Shown here: one piece after another, positions 19,785-30,704 of the stretch
Layout: each line of letters opens with the position of its first letter
How positions within the stretch are numbered: the stretch's first letter is position 1
Assembly: GCA_965279375.1 (NCBI GenBank)
Contig: OZ257156.1
Location: 1,024,001 to 1,088,000 of the forward strand
Direction: 5' to 3'
From: Gemmatimonas sp.
Lineage (GTDB): Bacteria; Gemmatimonadota; Gemmatimonadetes; Gemmatimonadales; Gemmatimonadaceae
Length of the DNA stretch: 64,000 nucleotides
Program-made: the position numbers and the translations under genes
The notes under the pieces: model-generated
What the model saw: the letters and a program-made list of their open reading frames with translations, nothing else
Told to the model about the DNA's origin: nothing
Databases searched by the model: none

Positions 19785-20474
19785 TCATCGTTCGCATGAG
19801 GTGACAACGGGGGCCTTCGCAAGAATCGCGACGGCCCCCGTTCGTTGTACCAAAGGTCTCCGTCGAATCAGCCACTCCGCCACCAGCGCATTGATCGCCC
19901 ACGCTGATCCCATCATGATGGCGCGCGGTAGCTCGGGTGGTTTCCCCTGCATGAAGAGAAACCATGGCAGGTGCGTGAGCACCTGGGTGCCTGCACCCAT
20001 GCCCAGCGCGTACGCGCGGATCATCCGGTGTCCGTGCGCCACGAAATCGCGACAGCGAATGGCGACGATCGACGCCACGAGACTTGCCAGCATTGCCGTG
20101 CCTACCACCAGGCGCTCCAGGTAGACCAGCACGCCGTCTCCCTCGGGCCATGGATACGTTTGCGCCATGTACAGGCCGGTGAGCGCCGTCAGCAGTCCGG
20201 CCAGCAGCACGACGCGACCGGCCATGCGATGCCAGCTGCGCCACCGACGTCTGAGGCCGTCGGAGAACTGCAACGCCCCGACGATGCTGAACAACGACAC
20301 GGCTACGACGTGCAGCGCGGTGGAGACCGGTGCCGCCATGAAGCGCGCGTTCTCCGGCGTGCTGGCGACACCGTTGAGCACTTGCACGAGCCGCGCCGCG
20401 CCGGCGAGTGCCGGCACGACGCTCAAGGTCACCAACGCAGCGGGAAGATACCAATCGACTCGGCGCGTATTCAT
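19785..20474 (-). CDS. DUF2306 domain membrane protein
   Basis: LH......GALQF....RR....HR..GR, H...MIR.YA...GAGTQ and W.IN..VAEW motifs. Confidence 0.85.
   Translation of the reverse strand: MNTRRVDWYLPAALVTLSVVPALAGAARLVQVLNGVASTPENARFMAAPVSTALHVVAVSLFSIVGALQFSDGLRRRWRSWHRMAGRVVLLAGLLTALTGLYMAQTYPWPEGDGVLVYLERLVVGTAMLASLVASIVAIRCRDFVAHGHRMIRAYALGMGAGTQVLTHLPWFLFMQGKPPELPRAIMMGSAWAINALVAEWLIRRRPLVQRTGAVAILAKAPVVTSCER
19803..19847. repeat. REP-like GC-rich hairpin, copy 1 (possible terminator)
   Basis: GACAACGGGGGCCTTCGC-AAGAATC-GCGACGGCCCCCGTT is near-identical to the reverse complement of 23755-23799. Confidence 0.7.
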
Positions 20475-20504
20475 CAGTGTCCTCGCCTGGGTCGACGGCG
20501 AGTA

Positions 20505-21143
20505 TCAGTTCGTGCTCGAGCGACGACGCTTGATCGACAATCCTGCCGTGATCACGACATCGTTTCGCGTGGACGACGTGCCCGCGCCGACGAGCGGCTT
20601 GAAGCCCGTCGCGTAGTCACGCGCTTCCACGCGCAATCCCACGCGCCCCATCGACAGCTCGCCACCGGCGGCTGCGTAGCCGGCGAGGTTGTTCGTCGCG
20701 TCCACGTCGAGTTGCCGATAGTTGTAGCTGCGCGCGCCAACACCGGCACCGACGAACGGGCGGAGCGAGACGGCGCGATCGGCAAACAGCTGCACCGGTC
20801 GCACTTCCACGCCGGCGTCGCTCGTGAACACATCCAACTTGGGGCGCCCCGCCGTCAGCAGATCTCGGCTACGAGCCCACGCGAAGCTCCCCGTGACCGC
20901 GATGGCCGGATGGACGAGCCACGAGAGCTGCACGGCACTGACCTGCGCGTCCTTCAGGACATCGCGCTGCGCGCCCGTGCCCACGAGCGCGCCGCTGGTG
21001 AAGCGCAGCGCCCACGGCGACTCGGTCGTCGGGACGGTCTGTGCACAGATGGCGCGGGTGCCGACGATGCTCAGCAACCCCGCCGACACGATGGCGGCGC
21101 GGCGGACACGGACGAAGCAGGATGCGACGGATAGGATGGACAT
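20505..21143 (-). CDS. Putative outer-membrane beta-barrel protein
   Basis: Signal-peptide-like N-terminus, alternating amphipathic strands (PFVGAGVG, LRVEARDY, VITAGLS) and GGAG RBS. Confidence 0.65.
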   Translation of the reverse strand: MSILSVASCFVRVRRAAIVSAGLLSIVGTRAICAQTVPTTESPWALRFTSGALVGTGAQRDVLKDAQVSAVQLSWLVHPAIAVTGSFAWARSRDLLTAGRPKLDVFTSDAGVEVRPVQLFADRAVSLRPFVGAGVGARSYNYRQLDVDATNNLAGYAAAGGELSMGRVGLRVEARDYATGFKPLVGAGTSSTRNDVVITAGLSIKRRRSSTN

Positions 21144-21214
21144 GTGCGGCTCCTCGGAGGTTGACTAGGGGTGGCGCGTCGTGCGGCAGCTACCGTTTCC
21201 GCTGCGCCTGTATT

Positions 21215-21253
21215 AGTGTACGTGATACACTGTACGTGTGTACCATATACACA
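21215..21253. promoter_or_regulatory. Two tandem palindromic operators GTGTA-N5-TACAC, probable TetR binding sites
   Basis: AGTGTAcgtgaTACACT (21215-21231) and TGTGTAccataTACACA (21237-21253), 22 bp apart, between divergent genes, one of which encodes a TetR. Confidence 0.75.
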
Positions 21254-21289
21254 GTTTCAGATCTGTCAACTGGGAATTCGAGAATCGCG

Positions 21290-22102
21290 ATGCCGGGACG
21301 AAAAAAGTCGAAGGCGAAGTCCGAGGTCGTCACACACGACCTGCTGATGCAGTCCGCGATCCGGATCGATCCGGAGCTGCGCCGGCGGAGTCAGCTGCTC
21401 TGGGAGGAGCGCGCGCAGTCGGCGCGCGGTCCCAAGGCTGCCCTCACTCCAGACGACGTCGTGCAGGCCGCCATGGAGATCGCTGACGACAGCGGGATTG
21501 CGGCGGTGACGATGAGCGCGGTGTCGGCGCGCGTCGGCTACACGACGATGGCCGTGTACCGCTACTTCCCGAGCAAGGAAGCGCTGCTCGATGCCATCGT
21601 CGACGCCGGATTGGGCCAACCGCCGGTGCCCGCTGTACCGCGCGGCGACTGGCGTGCAGAGCTGGCGAACTGGGCGCGCGCCAAACGTGCGATGCTCTGT
21701 TCACGCCCCTGGCTCGCCGAACTGCCGTTCGTGGCGGCACCACATGGCCCCAACTGGCTGAGTTGGTTGGAGGCGGTGATCGACTCGCTCTCCGTCACGC
21801 AACTCAGCGCGGCCGACAAAGGCGAGGTGCTCAGCATTCTCGATGGCTACACGCGTGGCGCGAGCGACACGGCCATCTCACTCGCGCGAGCGCGCGCACG
21901 CGGAACATCGGACGCCGAGTGGGCGGCAGCGGTAGGCGCCGATCTAGGACGCGCGATTGGTGATCCGCGCTTTCCGATGTTCGCGGCTCTCATCACCGCG
22001 CCGCCAACGGGCGCGCCGCGTTCACTCGACGAGTCGTTCGAGTTCGGGCTCGCGCGAGTGTTGGATGGGATCGAGCAGTATGTGAATCGGGCGACGACGT
22101 AA
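21290..22102 (+). CDS. TetR/AcrR family regulator with TetR_C domain
   Basis: RGPK..LT...VV.AAM.IAD..G..AVTM..V...G..TMA.YRYFPSKE.L HTH; GPN; FEFGL.R.LDG. Confidence 0.92.
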   Translation: MPGRKKSKAKSEVVTHDLLMQSAIRIDPELRRRSQLLWEERAQSARGPKAALTPDDVVQAAMEIADDSGIAAVTMSAVSARVGYTTMAVYRYFPSKEALLDAIVDAGLGQPPVPAVPRGDWRAELANWARAKRAMLCSRPWLAELPFVAAPHGPNWLSWLEAVIDSLSVTQLSAADKGEVLSILDGYTRGASDTAISLARARARGTSDAEWAAAVGADLGRAIGDPRFPMFAALITAPPTGAPRSLDESFEFGLARVLDGIEQYVNRATT

Positions 22103-22133
22103 CGCGACAGGTCGTCCGCGAAGCTTCCGGCCC

Positions 22134-23693
22134 TTACCCGTCCAGCAACAGCTCGAGGAACGCCGCCCCGTACCGCTCCAACTTCGCCTCGCCCACTCCC
22201 GGCACCAGCAACAGCTCGCGCCGGCTCGTCGGTCGGCGCGCCACCATCTCCAGCAGCACCTTGTCGCCGAACACGATGTACGCCGGCACCCCCGCCTCAT
22301 CGGCCAACTGACGGCGCACCACGCGCAGCTTGTCGAACAGCTCGCGATCATCGTCGTCCAACATCGAGGCATCGGGCCCGCGTGCGGCCTTGGACGAACC
22401 GCCGCCGAGCCCAACGCGAACTCCGCGCACGGTGCTGCGCTGCGATTCCACCAACTCGGCGATGCGCACATCGATGGGCTGACCACTGCACACATCGCAC
22501 GAGCCCTCACACGGGCCGATCTCCTCATCGAAGTGCGCCACCAGCGCCTGATGTCGGCAGCGCGTGCGCTCCACCATGTCGAACAGCGCGATCGTCGACG
22601 CGCGCGTACGCGCCCGCAGGTCTTCCTCCAGTCCATCGAGGAAGCGCTCGTGCATCTTCACATCGGCCCACGAATAGAACATCACGCAGTCACTCGGCAA
22701 TCCGTCACGCCCCGCGCGACCGATTTCCTGATACCACGACTCGATGTCCTTGGGCATGTCGCGGTGAATGACAAAGCGCACGTTGGACTTGTCGATGCCC
22801 ATGCCGAACGCCACGGTGGCCACAATGACATCTACGTCGTCGCGCTGAAACGCTTCCTGATTCCGCGCGCGCTCATCGGCCTCGAGCCCGGCGTGATACG
22901 GCAACGCGCGAATGCCCTGCGCATTCAGAAACTCGGCCGTCTGGTCCACGCCTTTGCGACTCTGGCAGTACACGATGCCGCTTTCGCCCGCGTGTGCGCG
23001 AATGAGCGCAAGGATTTCGGCGCGCGTGTTGCCGCCCTGCCCCTTCTTTCGCACTGCGATCTGCAGGTTGGGGCGAAAGAACGAGCCCTTGAATCCAGCG
23101 GGCTTCCGCATGCCCAGTTGCCGCAGAATGTCGAGCGCAACCCGACGCGTGGCCGTCGCGGTGAGCGCGAGCACGGGCACGTCGAGTTGCTCCTTGAGTC
23201 CCTGCAGCCGGCGATACGACGGACGAAAGTCGTGCCCCCACTGACTGATGCAGTGCGCTTCGTCGACCACCAGCAGCGAGATGGGACAGTCGCGCACGAA
23301 ATCGCCGAGGTAGCCGTCGAGCGCTTCGGGCGCAAGAAAGACCAGTTCATACTTGCCCGCACGAAACGCGTCCATGCGTTCGCGCCGTTCGTCGAGCGAG
23401 AGCGTGGAGTTGATCGCCGCCACCGAGAAACCCAGGCCGGCCACTGCATCCACCTGGTCTTTCATGAGCGAAATGAGCGGCGAAATCACCAGCACCGTGC
23501 CCTTCAGCAGCCGCGCCGGCAGTTGATAGGTGAGCGACTTTCCCGCGCCGGTTGGCATGAGCGCGATGCAGTCCTTCCCCGCCAGCACCGCGTCAATGAC
23601 TTCGCGTTGACCGGGTCGGAATTCGTCAAACCCGAACACATCGCGGAGGATGGCTTCGGGGGTGCGGTCGCTGGTGTCGTGCGTATGGGGCAA
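22134..23693 (-). CDS. recQ: RecQ-family ATP-dependent DNA helicase (Zn-binding + HRDC, apparently no winged helix)
   Basis: [48 protein letters not shown]...C..SCD.C and C-terminal HRDC (VPAYIVF.D...GVG..K...YG). Confidence 0.9.
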   Translation of the reverse strand: MPHTHDTSDRTPEAILRDVFGFDEFRPGQREVIDAVLAGKDCIALMPTGAGKSLTYQLPARLLKGTVLVISPLISLMKDQVDAVAGLGFSVAAINSTLSLDERRERMDAFRAGKYELVFLAPEALDGYLGDFVRDCPISLLVVDEAHCISQWGHDFRPSYRRLQGLKEQLDVPVLALTATATRRVALDILRQLGMRKPAGFKGSFFRPNLQIAVRKKGQGGNTRAEILALIRAHAGESGIVYCQSRKGVDQTAEFLNAQGIRALPYHAGLEADERARNQEAFQRDDVDVIVATVAFGMGIDKSNVRFVIHRDMPKDIESWYQEIGRAGRDGLPSDCVMFYSWADVKMHERFLDGLEEDLRARTRASTIALFDMVERTRCRHQALVAHFDEEIGPCEGSCDVCSGQPIDVRIAELVESQRSTVRGVRVGLGGGSSKAARGPDASMLDDDDRELFDKLRVVRRQLADEAGVPAYIVFGDKVLLEMVARRPTSRRELLLVPGVGEAKLERYGAAFLELLLDG

Positions 23694-23754
23694 CGTGAAG
23701 CGCGTGAGCGGAACGGCAGTACGGCAAGTGCGAGGGACGGCGTCAGCACAACAT

Positions 23755-23799
23755 AACGACGCGGGGGCCTTCGCGATCGATGCGAAGGCCCCCGTTGTC
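23755..23799 (-). terminator. REP-like hairpin, copy 2; putative terminator after the amidohydrolase gene
   Basis: Perfect 13-bp stem CGGGGGCCTTCGC/GCGAAGGCCCCCG (23762-23794) with a 7-nt loop, 35 bp past the stop. Confidence 0.65.
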
Positions 23800-23829
23800 T
23801 GCTTGCGTGCTTTCTGTGAAGCGGTGCTG

Positions 23830-26800
23830 CTACTTGGTGCTGGGCTGGGTGTAGGTCCACGGCTGCTTCGGCAGCGGACGCTGACGCGGATACAACTCGT
23901 CGAGCGTATTGCCGTCGTACAGGCGGCCGTTCACCATGACCATCCCCACCGAGTTGCTGTTGCGGATGTTCACGAGCGGATCCTTGTCGAGCACAATGAG
24001 GTCGGCGTACTTGCCCGCCTCGAGTGAGCCGATCTCCGCACCCAAGCCAATCGCTTCGGCGCCAACGATCGTCGCCGAACGCAGGGCATCATGCGTGGAG
24101 AGTCCGCCCGACTGCACGAGCCACAGCTCCCAGTGCATGCCGAGTCCCTGCAGCTGGCCGTGGCTGCCAATGCCGATGCGTCCGCCGGCATCGACAGTCT
24201 TCGCGATGTCCTCGGCGTGCTGCCACATCGCGTACTCTTCCTTCACCGCAAAGCCCGCAGGACCGGGGGCGTTACCCGATCCACGACGACGGATCTTGCC
24301 ATCAAGGTCCACTGGGTGCGTGAAGCGACGCAGCTTGGTGTCGTTCACGAGATCTTCCGTCTGATAGAACCAGCCTTCGCCGAACGGGCCGCCGTACTCC
24401 ACGATGAGTGTGGGTGAGTTGGTGACCTGCGTGGCCTTGTACCACTGGAAGACGTCGTCGTACTTGGGCGTGATCGGCAGCGTGTGTTCGATGCCCGGAT
24501 AGCCATCGATGCCGTGCGTCAGGTTGAGCTTCTGATCGAGGCCGCCTTCGGTGGTGGGCATGATGCCAAGCTCCTTGGCCGCCATGATGATCCACTGCCG
24601 CTGCTGCCGATTGCCGCTCATGTACATCTTGAGCGTCTTGGTGTCGTAGTACTTGGCGTAACGCGTCAGGATTTCCTTGGCGTGCTCGAGGCTGCGCACC
24701 GGTTCCTGCGCAAAGACGCCGGGGCCCGTGGTGTAGATGCGCGGGCCGATCATCTCGCCATCCTCAACGCGATCGGAGTACGAGAGGAAGTCGGTGCTGG
24801 ACGTCTGCGGGTCGCGCGTGGTGGTGGTGCCGTACGCGAGCGTGGTGAGGTACTGCCACGTCTGCGTGTTGTGGATCTGCGGCGTGAGCCACTGCGGGTG
24901 ATAGTGCGTATCCACCATACCCGGCATGATCACTTTGCCGGTGACGTCCATGATCTTCGCGCCATCGGGAATGGTCACGCTGCCACGTGCACCCACCGCG
25001 ACGATCTTGTTGTCGCGCACGACGATGTCGGCGTTCTCGATGATTTCCTTGCCCTTCATCGTGATCGTCTTCGCACCGCGGAACACGATCACACCGCGCG
25101 GCGTGTCGCGCGTGGCCTTGAGGGCAATCTTCATCTCCGCCGGCTTGTAACTCGGCGGCGTCTTCTTGGTGGTATCTGCCTTGGCGATGGAGTCAGCGCG
25201 CGTGACGCTGTCCTTCACGCTCTTGGTGGTATCGGCGCGAATGATCGCCTTGCGACGACCGTCGGCCTTGAGCGAATCGTCGACCACCTTGGCGCGATCC
25301 AGGTTATACGTCCACACGGCGTTGCCGAGTGCCCAGTGCACGTTCTTGCCGTCGGCGCTCCACGTGGGGAACTCGCCGCCGATCGTGTTGAGCTTGCGAA
25401 CGGGTACTGGCGCGGCTTCGGGCGCAGCGACGGACACCGTGGGTGCCGTACCGCCGGTTTGAGCGACGGTGACCGTGTACACGTCCATACCGACCATCGC
25501 GAGCGCCTGATCGCCCTTGGGCGCCATCAGAATGACGGACGCTGGCGGCGCCTGCGGCGGTGTGGGTTCGGCGTCATCGAGATGCATCGCGAAGCCCAAC
25601 GGACGCGCGGCGCGACCACCGATGTAGTGTCGTGCTTCGCGTTCCACGAGCGCGGCATCGAGCGTCGTGCCGCCACCCGTGCGCCCTGCGGCGACTGGAT
25701 CTTCACCGTCGGCGCCACCGGCGTTGGGCGGGAGCGGACCTGTTACGCGCAAATGTGTTTGCAGATCGGTGCCATCCCAACGGAACGACTGTAGCCCCGC
25801 ACGCCCTGATGCATAGATGCGCGTGGCGTCCTCGGTGAAGTGCGGCGAGCCCATGCCACCGGTGGGCATGATCATCGTCGCGGCGCCGCCGTTGGCGTTG
25901 AGCCAGATGAACTCGGCGGCGGCCGGTCCAAAGAATGCCGCACCAGCTTCCTGCATTTCGCGTGCAGCGGCGCGTACCGCGACGATGCGATCGCCTGCGG
26001 GCGACCACGCGAGATCGGTATACAATCCCGGGTTGGTGGTGATCGCTTTGGTGCTCCATCCCTTCTTGGGATCGAGCGTGGCGCGCATGATCTGTCCACC
26101 GGCCGCATCGGCCCACGTCACGTAGGCAATCGACTTGCCGTCGGGCGACCAGATCGGGTTGAATTCACCGGTCGTTCCCGTCGTGATGCGCGTTGGCGTG
26201 CCGTTGGGCAGCGTCATCACGTGAATCTTGCCGAGCGACGAGAAGGCGAGCTGCTTGCCATCGGGCGACGGCTGAATGTCGCGCACCTGGCGTGCGGTGA
26301 ACGTCGCTGCGGTATCGATGGTGTAGGCGAACTTCACCTCGGGTCCCATCTCGAGCTTCACTTCTGCTTCGAACGGAATCTTCACCGGCGCCGTCTTGTC
26401 GACGGGCACACGCCAGATCTCGCCGCCGTATGACACGATCACCGACTTGGAGTCGGGGGTGAAGGTGAAGCCCGGATAGGCGTCCATCGGCGCACGCGAT
26501 TCCATGTCGTCACGCTGCACCGGGAAGGCGAGCCAGCTCTCTTCCTGCGTGTTGAGATTGCGCAGACGGAGCCCCGTCTTGGTCTCGAAGCGCGTGCCGT
26601 ACACGAGGTACTGCCCATCGGGCGAGAGCGTCGGGCGGAAGCCCGAGCCAAAGCGCGTAGTCATCTGCGACGTGCGGCCGTTGTCGCGATCCCACACGTA
26701 GAGCTGATACTGCGCGCCGATGCTGTTGTACTGCCAGTCGCCAGTGCGCGCGGCAAACCACAGATAGCGCGGGTCCTTGCCGTATGCGGCACCAACCATC

Positions 26801-27369
26801 TTGAGCGTGGCCGGTACGGCCGGCGTCGTAGTGAGCGGTAAGCCGTTACCACCGTCCACGTGATAGGTCCACAGCTTGCCCGTGCCTCCGAGTCCGCCCG
26901 AGCGCGACACGACAATGTACTTGCCGTCCGGCGCCCACTCGGGCGACACGTACATGTTGTTGTTGCCCTTCGTGATCTGCGTGGTGTCCTTTCCGTCGAG
27001 CGAGAGCGTCCAGACGTTCTCACCACCGGAGCGATCGGACACGAACACAAGCTTCTTGCCGTCGGGCGAATAGCGTGGCTGTGCGTCGAACGCCATGCCG
27101 CTCGTGATGCGTGTGGCTTTGCCGCCGGCGATTGGCAGGGTGTACAGATCACCGAGCAGATCGAAGACGAGTTGCTGTCCGTCTGGCGAGATGTCGAGCG
27201 ACAGCCACGTGCCCTTGGTCGTGGTGAAGACCGAGGTACGTGCGGTCTTGAGCGGCAGCGTGTTGGCCGCTGCCGTCGCGGCCGCTGTGGGCGCGCCTTG
27301 CGCAGCAAGCGCTGCGGCGGCGAAGGGAAGCGCTGCGAGGGCAGCGATTGGAGACCAGCGAGTGCGCAC
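23830..27369 (-). CDS. Secreted amidohydrolase with N-terminal PD40/TolB-like beta-propeller repeats
   Basis: Repeated SPDG motifs, PG.VD.HYH, G.TT.RDP and GSLE.GK.ADL..LD.DPL. GTG start with GGAG RBS and a signal peptide. Confidence 0.88.
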   Translation of the reverse strand: MRTRWSPIAALAALPFAAAALAAQGAPTAAATAAANTLPLKTARTSVFTTTKGTWLSLDISPDGQQLVFDLLGDLYTLPIAGGKATRITSGMAFDAQPRYSPDGKKLVFVSDRSGGENVWTLSLDGKDTTQITKGNNNMYVSPEWAPDGKYIVVSRSGGLGGTGKLWTYHVDGGNGLPLTTTPAVPATLKMVGAAYGKDPRYLWFAARTGDWQYNSIGAQYQLYVWDRDNGRTSQMTTRFGSGFRPTLSPDGQYLVYGTRFETKTGLRLRNLNTQEESWLAFPVQRDDMESRAPMDAYPGFTFTPDSKSVIVSYGGEIWRVPVDKTAPVKIPFEAEVKLEMGPEVKFAYTIDTAATFTARQVRDIQPSPDGKQLAFSSLGKIHVMTLPNGTPTRITTGTTGEFNPIWSPDGKSIAYVTWADAAGGQIMRATLDPKKGWSTKAITTNPGLYTDLAWSPAGDRIVAVRAAAREMQEAGAAFFGPAAAEFIWLNANGGAATMIMPTGGMGSPHFTEDATRIYASGRAGLQSFRWDGTDLQTHLRVTGPLPPNAGGADGEDPVAAGRTGGGTTLDAALVEREARHYIGGRAARPLGFAMHLDDAEPTPPQAPPASVILMAPKGDQALAMVGMDVYTVTVAQTGGTAPTVSVAAPEAAPVPVRKLNTIGGEFPTWSADGKNVHWALGNAVWTYNLDRAKVVDDSLKADGRRKAIIRADTTKSVKDSVTRADSIAKADTTKKTPPSYKPAEMKIALKATRDTPRGVIVFRGAKTITMKGKEIIENADIVVRDNKIVAVGARGSVTIPDGAKIMDVTGKVIMPGMVDTHYHPQWLTPQIHNTQTWQYLTTLAYGTTTTRDPQTSSTDFLSYSDRVEDGEMIGPRIYTTGPGVFAQEPVRSLEHAKEILTRYAKYYDTKTLKMYMSGNRQQRQWIIMAAKELGIMPTTEGGLDQKLNLTHGIDGYPGIEHTLPITPKYDDVFQWYKATQVTNSPTLIVEYGGPFGEGWFYQTEDLVNDTKLRRFTHPVDLDGKIRRRGSGNAPGPAGFAVKEEYAMWQHAEDIAKTVDAGGRIGIGSHGQLQGLGMHWELWLVQSGGLSTHDALRSATIVGAEAIGLGAEIGSLEAGKYADLIVLDKDPLVNIRNSNSVGMVMVNGRLYDGNTLDELYPRQRPLPKQPWTYTQPSTK

Positions 27370-27456
27370 GGTTTCGACTCCGGAATCAGCAGGGTTTACG
27401 ACACGGCACGCCATCACACACACCACCGTGTCCTGGCAACATGCCCCACACACGAG

Positions 27457-28659
27457 CTACAAATACGATAGCCACCAATCCGTGCGGCGCGCACGCAGGG
27501 CGCCAAACCAACGGCAGAGCGGATACATGAGCAGCAACACCACCAGCCACGCGAGATAGACCACGGGCAGATCGTAGCCGAAGTCCTTGGGAAAGGCCTC
27601 GGCCGGCCCACCCATCGACGGCGCAGCGCGAATGGCAAATCCGATCGCGCTCGCGCCATACCGCGCCATGCTCGCCACGATCATCATCACGTGCAGCAGG
27701 AAGAAGTGCCCGAGAAAGTAGAACAACGGCACGCGCCCGAATACCAGCAGCGGATTGGAGGCGGCAAACTCCTTGCCGGCAAGCCACGCGAGAAGCACGA
27801 GGGCCGGTCCGAGTGTCATCAGCAGAAACAGCAACGATGGCGGTTGCTTGTTTGCATTGAAGAACGACAGCACTGTCGTCACGGCCGCCGGTTGTGTGCT
27901 CCACGGCACAGGATCGCCGTACAGGTTGAGCGCACGCAGCAGCACGAAGGCCGCGATGCAGCCAACGCCGATGCGTCCAACAGTGCGTCGCCACGTGGTG
28001 GGCGCGCTGAGGATGAACTCGCCGAGGCAGTAGCCGAGCGCCATGACGGCGCACCACGGAATGAGCGGGTAACCATCGATGGCGATGATGGGCCCACCGA
28101 GGCGAAGAATGCCCGGTTGATGCAGCACCGTCCACAGCCACGACAGCGACCCGAGTTGCTCCGCGCGCACGCCGTCGAATGCGTTGTGGCCGAGCACCAC
28201 GAGTGCTGCGATCGGGGCGAGGATGCGCACGGGAATGTGCACGAGCGCGGCGAGCACGATCATCGACGCGCCGAGCGCGAAGAGCGTGATCAGCAGAATC
28301 GGTGACGCAAAGCTGAACGTGAAGTCGAACGCCAGCCGCATGAGGATGACTTCAGCGACGATCAGCCAGAGCCCGCGCGTAAAGAGGAAGCGCGAGAGTT
28401 GAGCCGTAGTTCGACCGGGTTTGGACAGCCAGAGTCGTGCGGCCGTGCCGGCGAGCAGCATGAACGTCGGCGCGCAGATGTGCGTGATCCAGCGCGTGAA
28501 GAACAGCTGCGGCGTGGTGGTGGCGAGATCGGTCGGTGAACCGGTCATCGCCCCGATGTGGAAGAAGTCACGCGTGTGGTCGATGGCCATGATGATCATG
28601 ACCAGACCTCGTAGCGCATCGATGGATGGCAGTCGAGGACGTTCCAATCTGCCTTCCAT
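27457..28659 (-). CDS. DUF1624 / heparan-alpha-glucosaminide N-acetyltransferase-like membrane protein
   Basis: R..SIDALRG.VM..MA.DH.R, RWITHICAP.F..LAG, YP.IPW, K.PPSL and FGRVPLFY motifs. Confidence 0.88.
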   Translation of the reverse strand: MEGRLERPRLPSIDALRGLVMIIMAIDHTRDFFHIGAMTGSPTDLATTTPQLFFTRWITHICAPTFMLLAGTAARLWLSKPGRTTAQLSRFLFTRGLWLIVAEVILMRLAFDFTFSFASPILLITLFALGASMIVLAALVHIPVRILAPIAALVVLGHNAFDGVRAEQLGSLSWLWTVLHQPGILRLGGPIIAIDGYPLIPWCAVMALGYCLGEFILSAPTTWRRTVGRIGVGCIAAFVLLRALNLYGDPVPWSTQPAAVTTVLSFFNANKQPPSLLFLLMTLGPALVLLAWLAGKEFAASNPLLVFGRVPLFYFLGHFFLLHVMMIVASMARYGASAIGFAIRAAPSMGGPAEAFPKDFGYDLPVVYLAWLVVLLLMYPLCRWFGALRARRTDWWLSYL

Positions 28660-28669
28660 AGGCGCGATG

Positions 28670-30568
28670 TTATCGTGTGATCATTCGTTCCTGCGCGGCG
28701 CGGAGCGCGTCGATGAGCGCACGCCTGCTGAACGGCTTCTGCAGAAATTCTACCTCGCGAATGGTCTGCACGCGACCGTCCACGCTCGCATCGAATCCGG
28801 AGAAGACAACGACTGGGCACTGAGGTGCACGGGCGCGAAGTCGCTCGATCAGACCGATGCCATCGAGTCCCGGCATTCGGATGTCGGTCAGGACCACGGC
28901 GATCGGCGCCGTGGACTCGCAGAACTGCCGCCAGCCTTCTTCGCCATTGTCCGCCACCAGCACCTTCCACCCTTGGCTCTTGAGCATGCGGGCTGTGGTA
29001 CCGCGGACCAGCGCATCGTCGTCCACCAGGAGGACCGTGCGGGGGGCGTCCGTTGCATCCTCGTGAGGCGGCGGCGGAGAGCTGGCCGACTTCTGGCTGA
29101 GCGGCAACACGACCCGCAATGTCGTTCCGGCCCCCACACAGCTCTCTGCGGTGATCGTGCCACCGGCTTGCGTCACCACTCCGTACGCGACGGCGAGACC
29201 CAGCCCGTTCCCTTCGCCTAACGGCTTGGTGGTAAAGAAGGGTTCGAACGCGCGGGCCAGCGTTTCGCCGTCCATGCCGACGCCCGAGTCGCGCACGACC
29301 AGTTCGGCGGTGTGCTGCGTGTCGTCAACAGCGACGCTGATCGCGAGCGTACCACCGTGCGGCATGGCATCTCGTGCGTTGAGCACGAGGTTGAGCAGTA
29401 CCTGCTCGAGCTGTCCGCGGTCCGCCTCAACCACTGCCGGTTTGGCGCCGTGGCTGAGGACAAGCGTGACGCCCATTGGGAGCGTCGAGCGAAACAATGG
29501 CTCCGTTTCGGCGACCAGCGCGGCGAGGTCAAGCTGCTCGCGAACGAGAGGCTGTCGTCGACTGAAGGCAAGCAGTTGCTGCGTCAGTCGCGCGGCTCGT
29601 GCGGTTGTCTCCTGCGCAGTGCGCAAGTCCTCGACAGATGCGGCGTCTGCCGGCAACTGCTCGACGGCGAGATCGATCGTGTTGCGAATGGTGGCGAGCA
29701 GATTGTTGAAGTCATGGGCGAGTCCACCGGCAAGCTGACCGACGGCCTCCATCTTCTGCGCGAGGTGCAGTCGACGCTGCAACTCCTCGCGCTCGCGTTC
29801 CATCTCGCGTTGGCGCGAGAGATCGTGCCAGGCCACCACAGAGATGCGACGGTTGTCCATCGTGGCATGCTGCACACTGACGCGGACGGGAACGATCTGA
29901 CCATTGGTGCTTCGGTGCTCCCAATCGAACGAGAGCTGCCCGTGTGCCTTGGTCAAGGCGCCGATCGCCCGGGACTTTTCGTCGGAGCGCTGGCCGTCCG
30001 GTTGCAACACCGGTGAGAACTCGGCGGGACGCCGTCCGATCAGCTCCGCCTTGTCGGCGAGACCGAGCAGTCGCAACGCCGCCGGATTGCAATCGAGCAC
30101 ACCGGTATCGTCGGCGAGGAGCAGTCCGTCTTGCGCGTGCTCAAAGATCAGTCGGAACCGTTGCTCCGCCTGCTTTCGCTCTGAGATGTCCTGCCCGATC
30201 GCCAGAATACCCGATGGCGTGCCGTCGGCGTCGAGGATGCGCGTGACGTTCCAGATCAACGTGCGCACCGACCCATCGGGGAGGATGGAATCGTCTTCGA
30301 AGTTGAGTGTCAGCTTGCCGGCGAGGACCTGCTCGATGTCGGCAGCGACAGCGGCCCGATGGGCCTCAACAATGAATGTTGCGATGTAGTTGAGGCCGAT
30401 CGCCTGCTCGCGCGGCGTCTGGTAGAGCACTTCCGCGGCCCGGTTCCACGCGAAGATCGTGTGATCTGGGCGTAGCCCGAGAATGACACTTCCGGCGGTG
30501 TCGACGACAGCGCGAAGAAGCATCGAATCCGCCGGCTGGCCATCGGCGAGAAACGAACTGAGTGGCAT
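28670..30568 (-). CDS. Cytoplasmic hybrid sensor histidine kinase (PAS-PAS-HisKA-HATPase-REC, CckA-like)
   Basis: AQKMEAVGQLAGGLAHDFNNLL, QVLLNL..NARDAM, FEPFFTTK, GLGL; receiver LLVDDD, TDIRMP, QKPF. Confidence 0.92.
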   Translation of the reverse strand: MPLSSFLADGQPADSMLLRAVVDTAGSVILGLRPDHTIFAWNRAAEVLYQTPREQAIGLNYIATFIVEAHRAAVAADIEQVLAGKLTLNFEDDSILPDGSVRTLIWNVTRILDADGTPSGILAIGQDISERKQAEQRFRLIFEHAQDGLLLADDTGVLDCNPAALRLLGLADKAELIGRRPAEFSPVLQPDGQRSDEKSRAIGALTKAHGQLSFDWEHRSTNGQIVPVRVSVQHATMDNRRISVVAWHDLSRQREMEREREELQRRLHLAQKMEAVGQLAGGLAHDFNNLLATIRNTIDLAVEQLPADAASVEDLRTAQETTARAARLTQQLLAFSRRQPLVREQLDLAALVAETEPLFRSTLPMGVTLVLSHGAKPAVVEADRGQLEQVLLNLVLNARDAMPHGGTLAISVAVDDTQHTAELVVRDSGVGMDGETLARAFEPFFTTKPLGEGNGLGLAVAYGVVTQAGGTITAESCVGAGTTLRVVLPLSQKSASSPPPPHEDATDAPRTVLLVDDDALVRGTTARMLKSQGWKVLVADNGEEGWRQFCESTAPIAVVLTDIRMPGLDGIGLIERLRARAPQCPVVVFSGFDASVDGRVQTIREVEFLQKPFSRRALIDALRAAQERMITR

Positions 30569-30704
30569 GGTCGAGAGTGAGCTTTCGCACCGTTGCACCA
30601 TGCCGGCGTCGACATGATCCGGTCCGCCGCGACGCGCAACGAACTCAGCCAATGTACAGCGTCCGGCGCATGCTCGCGCGCGGATGCTGCTTTGGTGGAG
30701 AAGC

